The notes under the pieces were generated by a model. That model was not told the DNA's origin. It was given only the letters and a program-made list of their open reading frames with translations, and did no database searches. From contig NC_042997.1 in assembly GCF_006345805.1 (NCBI RefSeq), positions 65,410,001 through 65,474,000 on the forward strand: a stretch of 64,000 nt of DNA, in the 5' to 3' direction. Shown piece after piece: positions 12,739 through 27,450 of the stretch. This stretch comes from Octopus sinensis (Eukaryota). The position numbers and the translations under genes are program-made. How positions within the stretch are numbered: the first letter of the stretch is position 1; every line of letters begins with the position of its first letter.

Positions 12739-15503
12739 TTTTAGTTATATTTATTAGCAGTTCGTTACGTATGAATGAAAACGCAATTTTGATTTAAAGA
12801 GAACACGAAGAAATATAGTATTAAATAGAAATATTATAGCAAAACAAATGTGGGAGCCTTTAGATATAACGTCTTTCAATTTGCATTTCTCTCTCGTATT
12901 TTTCCGTTTCCCTTTTCTCTCGCTCGCTTCTTTTTATATCTTCATCATATCATCTTGCGCTAAAATTAGATTCTCAACGCTCACGTATGCTAATTTACTT
13001 TTAATTGATATTTTTCAGTGTCACTTCGAATTTTAGAATTAGATTTCTAATCATAATTAGCGAATCCTTAATAAAAGAGGAATCTACATCTGGTTTTAAC
13101 TATAACTTGGACACGCACTCACAAAATTTTACTTCCCTTTATAATTAAAATTAATTTTTAAAAAGGAACGAAAATGAAGAGAAAAAAACGAGAGTACGAC
13201 AGGCGAGGAATGAAAAGATGGCAGTAGTATGAGAGAAATTTAGAGAACAGTGCAGTGAAAAAGCGATAGAGAGAGAAGAGAGATTAAAAGCACAACAGAG
13301 AAAGAAGCAGGGAGATGAAATCAGTTCTGAGAATACTATTGACAATAATAGAGAGGGAAAATACAAAAAAGTGCTATAAAAGATGTGTCAAGTAAAAACA
13401 AAGAGAGTGAGAGTGAGAAAAAGAGATAAAGAGAAGGCCTGGAGACATGAGCGAGGTAAAAACGTTTGCTTTGAATGAAGTAATGAAAAGCCGAAATGGT
13501 TCGAGATAGAGAAACTAACTGAAAACATCAAAGCTTTCAATAAGGAATGAAAATAGGAAGACATTTAAAACTCAAGGATTTAACATTGCTATAGATTTAT
13601 AGAAGAGCGACAGAGATGGAAACCTTACTGTCTCAGCAAACACCAACGCGTGAGGAGAAGAAATGTACCACGAAAAATATTCCAGAGAACCGACATTCTG
13701 AGACAGTAAGGACGTACGTAGTATTTCATACTAGACCTGTGTTGCCGCAGTGAGTAGAGGATAGTAGACTCTCTACTCTTAAGTAGAGAAGAGACGGTTG
13801 GTAAAGAAGAGACGATTAAATCGAGAACATCTGGATGAAAGTGGAACGAGACAAGCAGACTCCGAACAGGACATTTTTGTATGAGTATAAAGGGTGGGAG
13901 ACAGAGAGTGTGCGTGAATGAGTGAGTGAGTGAGTGAGTGAATGAATGAATGAGTGAGGGAGTGATGGAGGAAGGGAGGGACGTAGTAAGAGAGAAGATA
14001 ATGTCTGTGGGCCAGAAACTGGAATGCGTTTGGGAATTTCCTGCAGTCAGTCCAGTAATATTTCTCCAGATGTTGTATACGACGTGTACCTGTGTAGCAG
14101 CAGCGCGGTCCCAGGATTGGGCAAGACTACTCGTTTGGAGGTCTCAACTAAGGTCTATACTGAGTTAATGATTGTTATTTTCGCAGTTATTCTTCTTGCT
14201 CTGAAATAAATGCTAGTCATTCAGCTGCAATATTGTTATATGAGAGATAACCTTCTAAGCCAAATATATTTCAGCTCCTTTGCATTTCAGAATTCCATAA
14301 AAATAACAAACAATCTGTTCAGCACAGTTAAATGAACAAAACTAATTTATTCAATTTTATTTTATTTTATTTTAAAATCTATATATACGATGACAGATTT
14401 TCTCTCGTAATGAAATAGTAAATAGTAAGAGTTATGCATTATGCATGTCTAGTTCTCTATTCAAAGTAATTTACTAATCAGTGATAAGGTTTATTTTTCG
14501 ACAGAGGAAATATTTATCAGTGAACTCAGGAATACATATACCGATAGCACTCCCGTATATTTTCCAGAGCGAAAGGGGTCGTAAACTTAGATACAAGGAG
14601 TTTAGAAAAAGGAGCAGATGTCTCATATTTCAGATGATTTACTGCATTTATATTTGGGACAAGTAAGGAGCAAGATTTCAAAGTATGATGTAACAAACAT
14701 TCTGCAACCTTAAGCAAAGCCATACTGCATTGAAAGGAAGTTGGTTTTAATTTCATCTTGTAGTGCCCAAACATACAAATATATGCTTACATAAATATAT
14801 ATACTTAAATATATGTGGGTACACAAATAGTTACATATACTCATCTATATGTATGTATTGTTTCATATTCAATAGAAAATGAAGGCCTTATACTGCAATA
14901 GGCAAGCTATGGTAAAGGAGATTGATCCAAATATGCATCTAGCATCATATAAGCATTTGCAAGAATTAATAAAACAACATTGTTGAAATAGAATTTTGAA
15001 ATAACATGTCCCTAAGAAAGATACAAACTTATATTCTTAAGTTAGTTGTACATCACAGGAAAAACATAATGAAAATTTGTGACATACAAGTCTTCCGCAA
15101 GCACTAACAATGTCGTAGAATTTATTGACCTCAGTTGCTAAAGGAGACCGACTCGTCAGCTAAGGAAGTTTGGAACCAAGAATCACGACCTTTACCACAT
15201 GTTACACCTAAGGCATTTCAAATACTGATAACTAATTTTGACACAAGAGCAGCAGTTTAAGGGAGGGGTCGCTTACAACGTTCCTCGTGCTCGACTCGTA
15301 CTTATTTTATCGAGCACAAAATACAATGTCGACATGGGCGTAATAAGCAATTCAAATCTTAACATGAAACGAAATGTAGTAATAGAGATGATTGAACCAA
15401 CAGATGTATATTATTGGTTAAGACTAAGAGTGTGTTGTGTAATCTCGAGTCAGTTCATACTATTTTCACTTTACACTGTGTTCATCTTTGTACGATTAAT
15501 ACA

Positions 15504-16100
15504 AAGCTAAAGTGCTTCCACATGAACTGTCTGAGAAAGCTGTTGGAAGTCCTCTGAAAAGGCAAAGTCTCAGACATGTAGGTCTTCTGTCGAGCTGATC
15601 TTCCAAGTACTTACAATCTGCTGAGGAGAGCACATGTGAGGTTGAAAGACCATCTTTTTCGAACGCCTGACCCACGTCTACCCAAAATACAGTAAACTGG
15701 CAGAAGGCAAGCGCATACAATTTAGGTAGAAGAAAGAGCTTCAAAGATACGCACAAAGGCTCACTGAAGTACTTTCAGATCAACTTCGACACCTGAGAAA
15801 TGCAGGCACAGGACAGGCACAGGACCACTCTACCCGACGTAGCTTCTCCAACAGATATACTACCTCCTATGAATAGAATAGTATCGTAGAAGCACAAAGA
15901 AAACGTGAGATGTGGCAATCCAGAGACAACTCCTTGCTTTCCTTCCCACCAGACCACCAGTGCCCGACCCGGGTCAAAACCTTTCGAACTCGCATCGGCC
16001 TGAGCGGTCACATCCGGGAACGGTGTAGCCCAACATTTTCTCTTATGCAATGTTCTGTTCATCATCAACTACGACGAATGAACATCATTATTATTATTAC
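15504..16100 (+). mobile_element. RTE-clade LINE 3' fragment
   Basis: KLKCFHMNCLRKLLEVL.KGKVSD...PRLPK...RKSFKD..K and C-terminal HQCPTRVKTFRTRIGLSGHIR zinc-finger remnant, ending in an (ATT)n tail. Confidence 0.85.
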
Positions 16101-16379
16101 TACGAGTAATATAAGACCATTAGACCATTAGTCTAATGGTCTTATATTAGACCATTAGTCTAATCAGCTTAAGTACGCTCTAAACTCGGAAAGTAAACAA
16201 ACGAGTAGAACTCTATATTCAGATTCGTTTTTGCAAGCACATTTCTTCTAATATGTTCGTATATTTGACATCAATCATGGAGCAATTAAGCCCGAATAAT
16301 CATGCATTACAATCTTGTGCAGATTCATAATACAAAGTGTTGAAGCAGAAACTTTCATTTGTGTGTTGGGCTGTACTTT

Positions 16380-17040
16380 TGCGTTTTTGTTAATATCTGA
16401 TAATCACAATCAGACTCGTAGTATAGAATAGCATACACCGCGACAGTATCTCGGGTAAGGGTTCCAGTAATGGCTTGAATTTGTAGTATTCGAATTAGCT
16501 TTCTCCTTTCTGGGTTTGAGTAGCCTAATTTTTCAAGATTGGTATTTAGGGAGTGTGTAACATTTCCCAGGGCTCCAGTAATTACAGGTATAAACTTGTA
16601 ATCTGGATAGAGTAGCTGCAGATTTCTGAATGGTTCAGCGTGGGTATTCTCTTTTTCACAGATATTCAGCGTTATATTACATCTGCTTGGTATCTAAATT
16701 CCACAACAGTGCACAGTTTCTCTTCCCCATCTCAAATCGTTATATCAGGTATATTGTGTTTACATTTCATTGAGGCCTTCACTGGGACATTACACTAGCA
16801 CTCCTTTTTGTTATGAGTGGCTGTGGCTTCTACTATAATGTGGGTCCTTATTTCTTTGTCCTCGGGGTTATCCTTCGGACGGATTTCATTGCTACAATAT
16901 CATATGTCATCGGTAGATAATACTATGATGACATTTTCGGAATACTGCTTATGATGTGGGTGATATCTTCGGTGTTGACTTCACAAAGTCTGCATTGGTT
17001 ATCATATTATACTGCTTTTCCTGCACCTCTGTCTCTTGTT
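16380..17040 (-). mobile_element. RLE-type (R4/Dong/NeSL-like) LINE 3' fragment
   Basis: NQCRLCEVNTEDITHIISS..MSS.YYLPMTYDIVA (CCHC region), KHNIPDITI.DGEEKLCTVVEF, YKFIPVITGALG. Several stops and frameshifts. Confidence 0.75.
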
Positions 17041-17756
17041 TGGGTGTGTGTGTGTGTGTCTCTGTCTCTGTCTGTGTTTTTGTGCGTGTGCGCGTGCATG
17101 TGTGTGCGCGCGCACGCGCTTATACAACACTCTTCCACTTTCCTCTTTTTAGCCCTAGTATATTCGTAATATATAATTGATAAAATGAATTTGCGTTTTT
17201 TGTACGATATACTACATTGTGAATGAAATGAAGCCGTACCTTTTTAGAATGAATGTATATTAAAAATGTGATACTATTAGCTTAAAGTTGCTGATTAGCA
17301 GACTAAGTGAATTCCATAAACGAGCATTTCTTCTATCTAGGCTATTATTTTCAAATGCTCTATATTTTTTTTCTTCTTTTCATAATTAATTGTCATATTC
17401 CATTTGCAATGCAGCAAGTAATTATTTATTAACGAACATATTGATTTCAGTTGAATAGCTTTGATAATAATATTTTCCTAAGAAATATCACGTGATTCAA
17501 TTGACACCATTTACGGTGGGACGTATTTTGACATAAACGGCCATCACCAAAGAAATAGAACGCAAAATAATGATTTTGCATCTCGGCGCATCAAAATCTA
17601 ATGTTTCTGCTGCCAACTAACATATGTGGTTATGAGTTTAAGACGCTTGTTTTGCTACCACCTGGCTCCAAGTTCGAATTCACTGTATGTAACGTTTTGC
17701 AGTAGTTTCTACCACATTGTGGAGCTGACTCATACTTGTGTATAATACACACTCAT

Positions 17757-17787
<31 letters not shown>

Positions 17788-17808
17788 CATACATACACAC
17801 ATATATAT

Positions 17809-18735
<927 letters not shown>

Positions 18736-21019
18736 TTCAATTTCCTTTTCCGGGCAACGCTTCTATTATAATTGATTATTTTTACATTTATAATTTTAAA
18801 AAGGATTCTATGATAATTATTTCTTAAATACAGATTTTGTTCAAACTTAGATGTTTTGCTTGCATCTAAAAGTAATGAAGAATTAATAGCAGTATATTTG
18901 TTACAAATAAATATCTTTTAAACAATTTTTAATATAAAATGATAATCTATTCTAATGAAATAATTAAATATTAGATTCTCTTAATGAGTGATTTTCTTTT
19001 ATTTTGATATGGTTTTAATATGTACATATTTTAATACATAAATAGAAATATATATATTAATACAAAATCGCAAAAACTCATAACTTTTTATGATTAAAGC
19101 TTTGAGACGGGGATTTCTCCAAAGTATTCCTCTCACTGAATCCTTTCATTTAAATTTAAGTAATATTTCTCTTAAAAACAAAAATATTTTGATTTCTTAA
19201 AATTATCACATTTTTCTCGTCACTTAAAGCCACAGAACTTTGTTGTAGCTTATATTATTTAACGAGGTTTCCAACATATGATTTTTCTCACGGAATTCTT
19301 TCATCTAAAGTAAATTTCAAACGGAGACTACTAACTGTGAGAATATTTTAGAAGCTTGGCTAAATATATTTAGAAACAGGAAAAATGTCGCCAGGAAGCC
19401 GATGAAAAGTAACAAACAATGTACACTTCAAGCCCTGGTAAAGCGTTCTGTCACAGTTAACTATGAGATCCACAACATCCGACAGCGTCTTTTATAATGC
19501 TAAATATCTTGAAATTACAAAAAAAGACTTTTGATTTATTAAAAGGAACACGTATTCTCAGTCACTTAAAGCCACACAACTAATTTTCAAAATTACCCAT
19601 ATATTTTTATCAAGAGCTGACTATGCATATGTTCTTAATTAAATACTTCACATGTAGTAAATTGTCTATATCTTTATACGTTGAGTGCATGTGTACTAAA
19701 TACAAAATCCCTCTGTGCATTTTTCACTTGATCGAATTCCTCCACTCACTATGTGATACAGTTTTCTCTCTCCCTTCCACTCGTTTGCATGGTTTTCTAT
19801 TTTTAGTGTTTTGTTTCGGTGTGTTATATTTGTATATAGGTTTAAAACGTTTTCTACTAAACATGATGCATGAATACACAAATGTGTTGTTGATTATCTT
19901 TTTAATCAATGTTTAATAACGCGGAGATTAATATGCATGCAAAAGATCCAAAATTCATCAGCATATCTATAGTTCCTATTTTCCCATATTTAGAATGAAC
20001 TGATATTCGTGTGAGTTTCTTAATTCTTTACAATAGGCAACGTTCTATATCTACTGCAGAGATTCCCTCGAGATTTTGAACTATAAGAATTATAAATATA
20101 CACTACTAGTCAGGTGTTTGGTGGATAGTAAGTTGCATGTGTGTTCATTTTTGCATTGTGTTATGTTATACTTTGATTATTACTGTCATTCTTAAGTACC
20201 TATTTTTTTAAAGAATATATTCTGCAAAGCAGAGGAATGTTGTCCACTAATATTTTCTTTCCTAGTACTGTTGCAAAGAATACTTCATTAAAATTTTCTT
20301 AGATACAAATTCATGGTAGACGGTGGAAAACTACCGCATGTGTAATGGGCAATATAACGGTTAGCTTAGTTTTTGCCTCATATTTCCAATTGAATTTGTA
20401 AATACAGCAACAGAATCCTGGAACAAGATAATGGAAAGAAAACATACACAAAAACACAGGATATTGAATACTGGAGTTTGAGAAAGATAGCAACAAATCA
20501 GCAAACAATATTTATTGAATAATGTACGTGTTCATTTCTTGATAATTCACAAATATTTCTTACAGGGAGAAGTAGATAGAGAAATACATACGCGCGTACA
20601 CGCTCAAACACACACAAGCACACACATATACATATGCATGTATGTATATGCACGCGTGTGTGCGTGTATGCGTGTGTTTACGCATGTTTGTGTATGTATA
20701 TTTCTCTATTTATGCGTGTCTGTAAATCTATCTACGGTAACTCTGCTAGCGAAAATTATCCCACATTCATAAGAAGATAAAATGGTTCACCTCTTCCATG
20801 TTTCACTCAGCTCATACCTCATTATACTCCTGAATTTCAGTTATAATTTCCACTGAAAGCCAAAACAGAGATATGCCCACAGAAGAAAATACTTTATCAA
20901 GTCTTGGAAATTATTAAGGATAGAAATTAATATTCCAGATAAACTTCAATATGAACGTATTTGAAATAGATATATACACAACATTACTTATCACGAAACC
21001 TAAACTAATTCTGAGATTG

Positions 21020-22150
21020 TCAGATAAATTAGTTCAGTTTTGTATCCATTTATTTGAATCCTTGTTTTTTCGTCAACAATTTTAACATAAATGTCAATAC
21101 TATATTCTCCTTCATTGCCAGCATTTCACCTATATATCGACGCATTGACATACGAAATCACCAGGTTTTAACGAGAAGAATTCATGGTGCTAAGTTTCCA
21201 TTACAACGTCGATGTCAAACGAAATACCTTGCAATCTGCTGGAGACCGATCAAAAGGGGGATAATCCACAGGCACTATATCAGGGGATTACGTTGTATGC
21301 AGCAAAGCGTCTCAACCGACCACGTGAATTACATTTTTGAACAAATTATTGAGACCTGGTCGAGCGATGTTGCATTGAAGAAATGCGCGTTATAGTCGGT
21401 AGGATCGTCTTAGGTGGATTTCCACGAAAACCCGGTGCATTTTGCTAAGCGTGAAGTTCTGCATTGACCCTGTAAGTGTTTTTTGTTGCATTTCATAGTG
21501 AATTAGCCCTTCCGAAAACTACAAAATGCACATCGTTGTGTTGAATAAATGCAAATGCTCAGTTCGAAGTGTTGTTTGCTTGACGAGTCTCTATGATTCT
21601 TTCCTCTGCTTCAAGTTGACGTAAATACACCATTTTTCATCACTAACGACAATGCAGTAAAGAAATATGTTTGTGTCCATGAATAGAGAACTGTTGGTCG
21701 AGAAAACTAGCGGCGATAGAGGAGTGTTTGAATTTGTCTTTTTGCTCCGAGCTGAACACATGCACTGAATTTTGAACCTTACCCATTGAGTGAAATTGAC
21801 GGACGGTGATATTCATGAGAGCATCCCATATGCTGGGTCAATTTCCAAGTGGATTGGCACGATATCTCGTAGCTGAAGTCATTAAATTAATCCTCATTAA
21901 ACTAAACATGCTGGCTGAAATACGAAGTGTCTCCGAGTTTGAATTTTCTCGCTTTGAAGTGAGAAAACCATTACTGCTCACCTCTTTCAGTAATAGCCTT
22001 CTCTTTACACAGCACAAGTGTCACTGATGGAATTGACAGCTTTGGAAGCTTGATCGAAAGCAAAGAGAAGCAAGTGTCAAAACTGCTTATTTTCTTCTTT
22101 TTGGCACTCCACTGTCATGTGTCTGAAAAGCAGTAAGATTGTATTCACAT
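21020..22150 (-). mobile_element. mariner element, degenerate
   Basis: Minus strand remnants ICAVY..AITER..WFS.F, HSMGKVQ, YCIVVSDEKWCIYVN, and C-terminal NEGEYSID. Confidence 0.72.
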
Positions 22151-23289
22151 TTCGAAAACGTTAAACAAAAATTGTAGAATAGAGTAATATAATAAAACAT
22201 AAAACATTTTGATGAAAATACTTTTCTTGCTAATTCAAATAACATTGGAATGGAACAGGAATTTATCTTAAGCTACAATACATCATGTAACAATAATAAT
22301 ATGTAAAAGAGACAAAAGTAATATAGTTGAAGTAAAAGAAAAATACAATGTGGAGCAAAAGTTAATTTATTGAATGATAATAACATTTCAGAAACATTAC
22401 GCCACGCAATTAATATTTAATTCGTATAAAATAATACAGTGCTAAGCATACAAATAACAGCTGCATGTTTCGCCCGCATTCAAGAATTCACTGCTGTCTA
22501 TATAAGATTTATTATTGCTTGTTCCAGATAATAAATAGAAAAAACCCCGGCTAATAATATCTACATTAAATACAACTACACTCACCGATTAGGCAACATT
22601 ATCAAATAACAGATACTGGAGAGATACAGTATTCTGTCGTGTGAAAAATTCTCAATGGTGGTGCTTTTTTGATATGTACATAGAGAGTAAACTGGAGACA
22701 GAAGCCGTTCGAAACCGTTATTTGTTCTAATGTAAAATGACTATTAATATTTTGTGATCAGAATTGACTTGAAACTAATGCACTGCGTAAAATTTTAACT
22801 CCCGTCCTTGGTGATAAACGATATCCTGATACATAATACGCAAAATCTGTAACAAATATGTATTATATGCGTATATACATATGTATGTATATTATGCAGC
22901 AAACAATATGGTCATTATAAAGAATTAAAGAAGCAATAGAGAGGGACTAGGTTGAACAACTAATGATATAGCATAATGCTTAAGAATAAGGGGGACAGTC
23001 TTGACGTTCTGAATATTAACCAATCATCAAAGGAGTGACAAAAGCAAATGGGGGTGAGACCAAGGAAACGTTAGTGTGACAGAAACAAAAGCACGGAGGA
23101 GGTTTTAGGGTAAAGTTGGGGTGTTGAAGTAAGGTAAAGGTACCTTCCCGAGTCTGCCCACTGATAAGTGCCGCTTTCCCGGTTTCCATGGTGTATATCC
23201 TGTCATCCCATAAGTTCTGTCCGAATTTTGAATAAAGAAAACAAGTGATCATATATTGTATTTAATTGAAATTTAATCATGAATGTACT

Positions 23290-23830
23290 TTCCCAGATTA
23301 TCTATGACTTACTTCCATCTATTTAAAAGCTTTTTAATCCCATCAATGTAAAGCTCTTTTGGTTTCAAAGCGACGAACTCTGAAATGTCAGTTTCGACCA
23401 CCTTCTGCCTCACGAAAATTCTGTTCCCCAAATGCATCTGTAAACTATGAACAAATGGAGTCTGAAGGGGCAAGATTGGAAGAATAAGGTGGACGAGGCA
23501 TTTTTTTCCCAATCAAGTTCTTCGATCTTCTGTGATATGATCTTTGCAGAGTGGGGTCGCGCCTTTTCCTGATGAAACATCACTTCACTAAAGCGGGTCT
23601 TATTTTCTTCAAATCTTGGTTCAAACTCTAATTGCTGACAGTAGCCTTGAGCATTGATTGTTGCATTAGGTGGTAACAATTCAAAGTGAATTACTCCTTT
23701 GCAATCCCACCAGATAGAGAGAAGAACCTTTTCCCCATGAAGTTCCCTTCTCGGTCGTGGTTGGGCAGATGTTACGGGCATTTATTGAAACGCATCTGTG
23801 TTTATAGATGTTCATATGGCAAAGTGGATT
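23290..23830 (-). mobile_element. mariner transposase C-terminal half
   Basis: ELHGEKVLLSIWWDCKGVIHFELLPPNATINAQGYCQQL; HQEKARPHSAKI; FVHSLQMHL; KPKELYIDGIKKLLNRWK. Confidence 0.85.
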
Positions 23831-24304
23831 TCTTTTCAGTGTGTGTTTGTATGTGCGTTGAAGTGAGTAGTGGCGTAAATTAGTGAGAAATGTGAGATGT
23901 AGTTGTATATGTGGTAGTAAGATATGTATGAGTAACGGCTAAAAGTGAAGAAATGGGAGAGGACGCACGTGTGAGGTGAATGTTAGGGAAAAAGGAATAC
24001 ATGGAGGAGTATGAGCGTTAATTATTGTCACACAGGATGTATGAACAAACGAGGCAAAAGCAAGAGAATGTGTGTTTGTTCACGGAAATAAGAGAAGTCG
24101 GTAAAAATAAATTACAATAAATGTTAATTAGAATATAATGCAAATGCAAAAAAAAAGATTTATACGAATTTAGTGAGAAAAACTGAAAACTCTGTGTGAG
24201 TATTAAACGCCCTGTGGAGTTAATTGGAAATTTCCCAACGCTGATAAGACGTCCGGTGAGGAATTCTGTAAGAGAAATTCCAACACCTGCGTAAAAAATA
24301 TGTG

Positions 24305-24480
24305 AACTATGTTTGTGTGGTTAAGAAGTTCATTTGCAGCCATGTCGTTTGGTGCTCAATCCCGCTTTGTTGCAACTTGGGCAAATGTTTTTTACTATAG
24401 TCTCGGACAATCAATGCTTTCTGAGTGACTTTGGTAGATCGAGACTCTGTGGAAGTCTGATGTATATATGTGTATGTATG
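24305..24480 (+). mobile_element. SINE type A head, diverged
   Basis: TGTGTGGTTAAGAAGTT...CTTGGGCAAATG..CTATAGTCTCGG...GGTAGA. Homologous to 51060-51224. Confidence 0.6.
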
Positions 24481-24552
24481 TGTATGTGCGCGCGTGTGTG
24501 TGAAGTACGTGTATGTCTACGTGTGTGCGTACGTGTGGGAAGGCATATATAT

Positions 24553-24750
24553 ATGCCATGATAGATCGTTAGCTACTACACACAATTTTTCTCTCCTTGT
24601 TTCTCTCCTTGTTTTTTTTCTGTGTCCCTTTCTGTAGAAGAGCGTAGGCTCGAAACATAAAAGACTTTTTCTATTCCCGAGCGCTATATACATATGTTTG
24701 TTTGTACACCACCTGCCTTCGTCCTTTGTTTATTTTCGTAAACTTTCCCT
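24553..24750 (+). repeat. Short dispersed repeat with a hammerhead-like variant motif (24628-24663)
   Basis: cttt CTGTAGAA GAGC-gtag-GCTC GAAA CAT A aaag. The element ends directly in (TA)n and is homologous to 11828-12005. Confidence 0.62.
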
Positions 24751-24758
24751 TTATATAT

Positions 24759-24827
<69 letters not shown>

Positions 24828-24837
24828 AATAACTGAT

Positions 24838-25162
24838 AACTGGCACTCTGTCGATGACGACGACGTAGGTTCCAGTTGATCCGATCAACGGAACAGTGTG
24901 CTCGTGAGATTAACGTGCAATGACTGAACACTCCACAGAAACACGAACCCCTTTGCATACTTCTCAGGGAGATTCAGCGTGATACAGAGTGTAACAAGGA
25001 TAATCATTTGAAATACAAATACTACTCATTTTTGCCAGCTGAGTGGACTAGAGCACCGTGAAATAAAATGTCTTGCTCAAGGATACAACGCGCTGCCGGG
25101 AATCGAACTCACGACCTCACGATCGTGAGCCGAATACTCTAACAACTAAGCCAAGCGCCTTC
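24838..25162 (-). mobile_element. tRNA-derived SINE with CORE-like domain
   Basis: Revcomp head GGCGCTTGGCTTAGTTGTTAG..GAGTTCGATTCCCGGC, then CCTTGAGCAAGACATTTTATTTCACGG. Homologous to 12418-12738. Confidence 0.8.
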
Positions 25163-25180
25163 ATATACATACATACATAC

Positions 25181-25232
<52 letters not shown>

Positions 25233-25289
25233 ATATGTATTTATCTATGTGTATATGTATATGCGTCTGTGTGCGTGCGTGTACGTCTC

Positions 25290-25500
25290 TGTGTGTGTGC
25301 TCATTGTGTTTGTCCACCATGACTGTCCTGTTTCTCAACCAGTGCTAGTTTATTTGTATTCCTGTAACTGAGCGGCAAATCAAACCTACAAATGAGTACT
25401 AGGTTTTGGAAAATAAGTATTGGATCCAATACATTTGACTAAACTGTTCTAGGTGGTGCTCCAGCATGGCCGCGGTCCTATGTCTGAAACAAGTAAAAAT
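25290..25500 (+). mobile_element. SINE type A 3' half
   Basis: Ends GGTGCTCCAGCATGGCCGCGG..TCTGAAACAAGTAAAA. Confidence 0.6.
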
Positions 25501-25936
25501 TACAATAAAACACTGGTGAAAACACTAGAGAGTTGAAATTATCATAAAGAATTTTAGAAAGCAGAACAAATCAAAGTAACAAAAGGGAAGAGCATGAAAA
25601 GGTTAAAATAATGTAGAAGTGTGTGTACGTATCGGAGGAGGATATTTTTCTTTTAGGAAGAAAGAAAAAAAGATTAAGTTATGCTACTGGTAGAATGTCC
25701 GGAGAATCCAAGGATGTATTAACGTTCACAGAGTGGAAGTTCGGATAGAAACCGCCGATCCGAATCACCAGTGCAAAAAATGTCAGGTGACACCACACCT
25801 ATAGAGAGATAAGTATACTGGTTGAACAATCAAAATGATTATTTTCAACTCAGTCTGATAACCACACAAATATATATTTTTCCAAATTCAAATAAATAAA
25901 CTAAATATATTTGGTCTTGTAACATTACAAATACAC

Positions 25937-26105
25937 AGGCGGCATGCGGGCAGAAGTGTTAGCACGCTGGCGGAATGCTTAGTGGTATTTTACCCGTCTT
26001 TACGTTCTGAGTTCAAATGCTGCCGAGGTTAACTTTGCTTTTCATCCTTTCGAGGTCTATAAAGTAATTACCACTAGAGTACGGGGTTGATATAATCGAT
26101 TTATC
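25937..26105 (+). mobile_element. SINE type B (a second short head follows at about 26150)
   Basis: GGCGGCATGCGGGCAGAAG.GTTAGCACGC..ACGTTCTGAGTTCAAATGCTGCCGAGG..CTTTGCTTTTCATCCTTTCG. Confidence 0.75.
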
Positions 26106-27450
26106 TCATTCTCAGAAAATGCTGGTCTTGTGACACAATTTCAAATCGAAGGCAGCATGCTGGCAAAATCGTTAGCACACCAAGCATAATGCCTGGTGAC
26201 ATTTCGTCCATCTCTAGGAAAATGCCAAAGTTTATATGTAATATTTTTAGTTTCCCATTCATCAATATATTGCGAGTGGACATTGTTCTTCACTTTGCTG
26301 TTAACTTGATCAGTTAAAAACTACATATTTCAACAGAATGATGTACATGAATGTTGCTATGATTTATTGTAATCAAAGAATATCTGATTAGATCACTATC
26401 ATGAATTCCATTTCTGTGTATTTATGATGACACGAATATCATCAGAATTCCTGACGGCTTAAAGAATTACTGATATATATTTTTTGTGTATGTATTTAAC
26501 TGTAAGCGTTCTCTTTGAACACGCTTATCACTTACACCGGCTTGGAATATTACTAACTTGACCATCGACACCAGCATTACAATGGTCACTGCCAGTATTC
26601 TACAATCTTTATAATGCAATTCTAGTATATAGAACAATTAGTTATGATTTTCTTTAGTAGTATTGATTCGTTAAGATGAAATAAAATGTGGCTTGATCTT
26701 CTACTTGAGCAAAGTCTCGTTCTTTAGCTACGTAATTTGAAAGGGTTAGAAGAGGTAGAGTAAGAAATAGCAAGATAAAGTGAAGAAGAATATTTGTCGT
26801 GGAGAGAATATGTCTGGCTTCCTTTAATTAGAAAGAAACATCAGGAAAATTATTAAACACACGTCATATAACATTATGCCTTCCTAGCTTTCTTCAACTT
26901 CGTTACACTCACACGCATCTGCTCAAACAACGGCACTCTCACATGCGCCACCAAGACGCTCACTCATACACATACATACACACATGAATACATATACATA
27001 CATACATACATACATACATACATACATACATACATACATACATACACATACATACATACATACATACATAAACACACAAACAAGTTAAGAGTGCATGTGG
27101 CTAAGTTTGTATATCATCATTTTGAGATGATTTTCAGTTCAATACTTATCACTGAAACTGAGAAGAAGCTGTGGCTATAATTCTTCAACTTAAATCTTCA
27201 GTACTACAGCAGAGTTTAAAATGTTCACCACTATCAGGATCGCCATACATAGGTAGCGTGTATTGTATAAGTCACTGTTATACGGTGCGTTTATGCCAAA
27301 GAAAAGACGTATAAACTGCAAGCTTGCAATTCCATGGTTAATTTTTCTTGTAGTTTTAGCTGCCTGATTTAAAAGAAAAACAAACCAAAAAATGGTTACA
27401 CATTAGCCCAATCACTAACTTTTTTTTAGCTTTAGTCTAACATATTCATT

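Noticed and set aside
14505-14661. Open segment between an AG acceptor-like and a GTAAGG donor-like site
   Set aside because: The peptide is not recognisable and no partner exons were found. It needs RNA-seq.
19379-19436. Possible micro-exon (acag|GAAAAATGT...CTG|gtaaag)
   Set aside because: No homology or frame evidence; such site pairs arise by chance in AT-rich DNA.
19085-19600. Short diverged direct repeats (..GTCACTTAAAGCCACA..; ..CTCAC.GAAT.CTTTCAT.TAAA)
   Set aside because: Irregular spacing and few copies; not a CRISPR-like or regular array, probably an old local duplication.
20311-20425. Strong minus-strand acceptor followed by FCCCIYKFNWKY
   Set aside because: Isolated, with no recognisable family or matching upstream exon.
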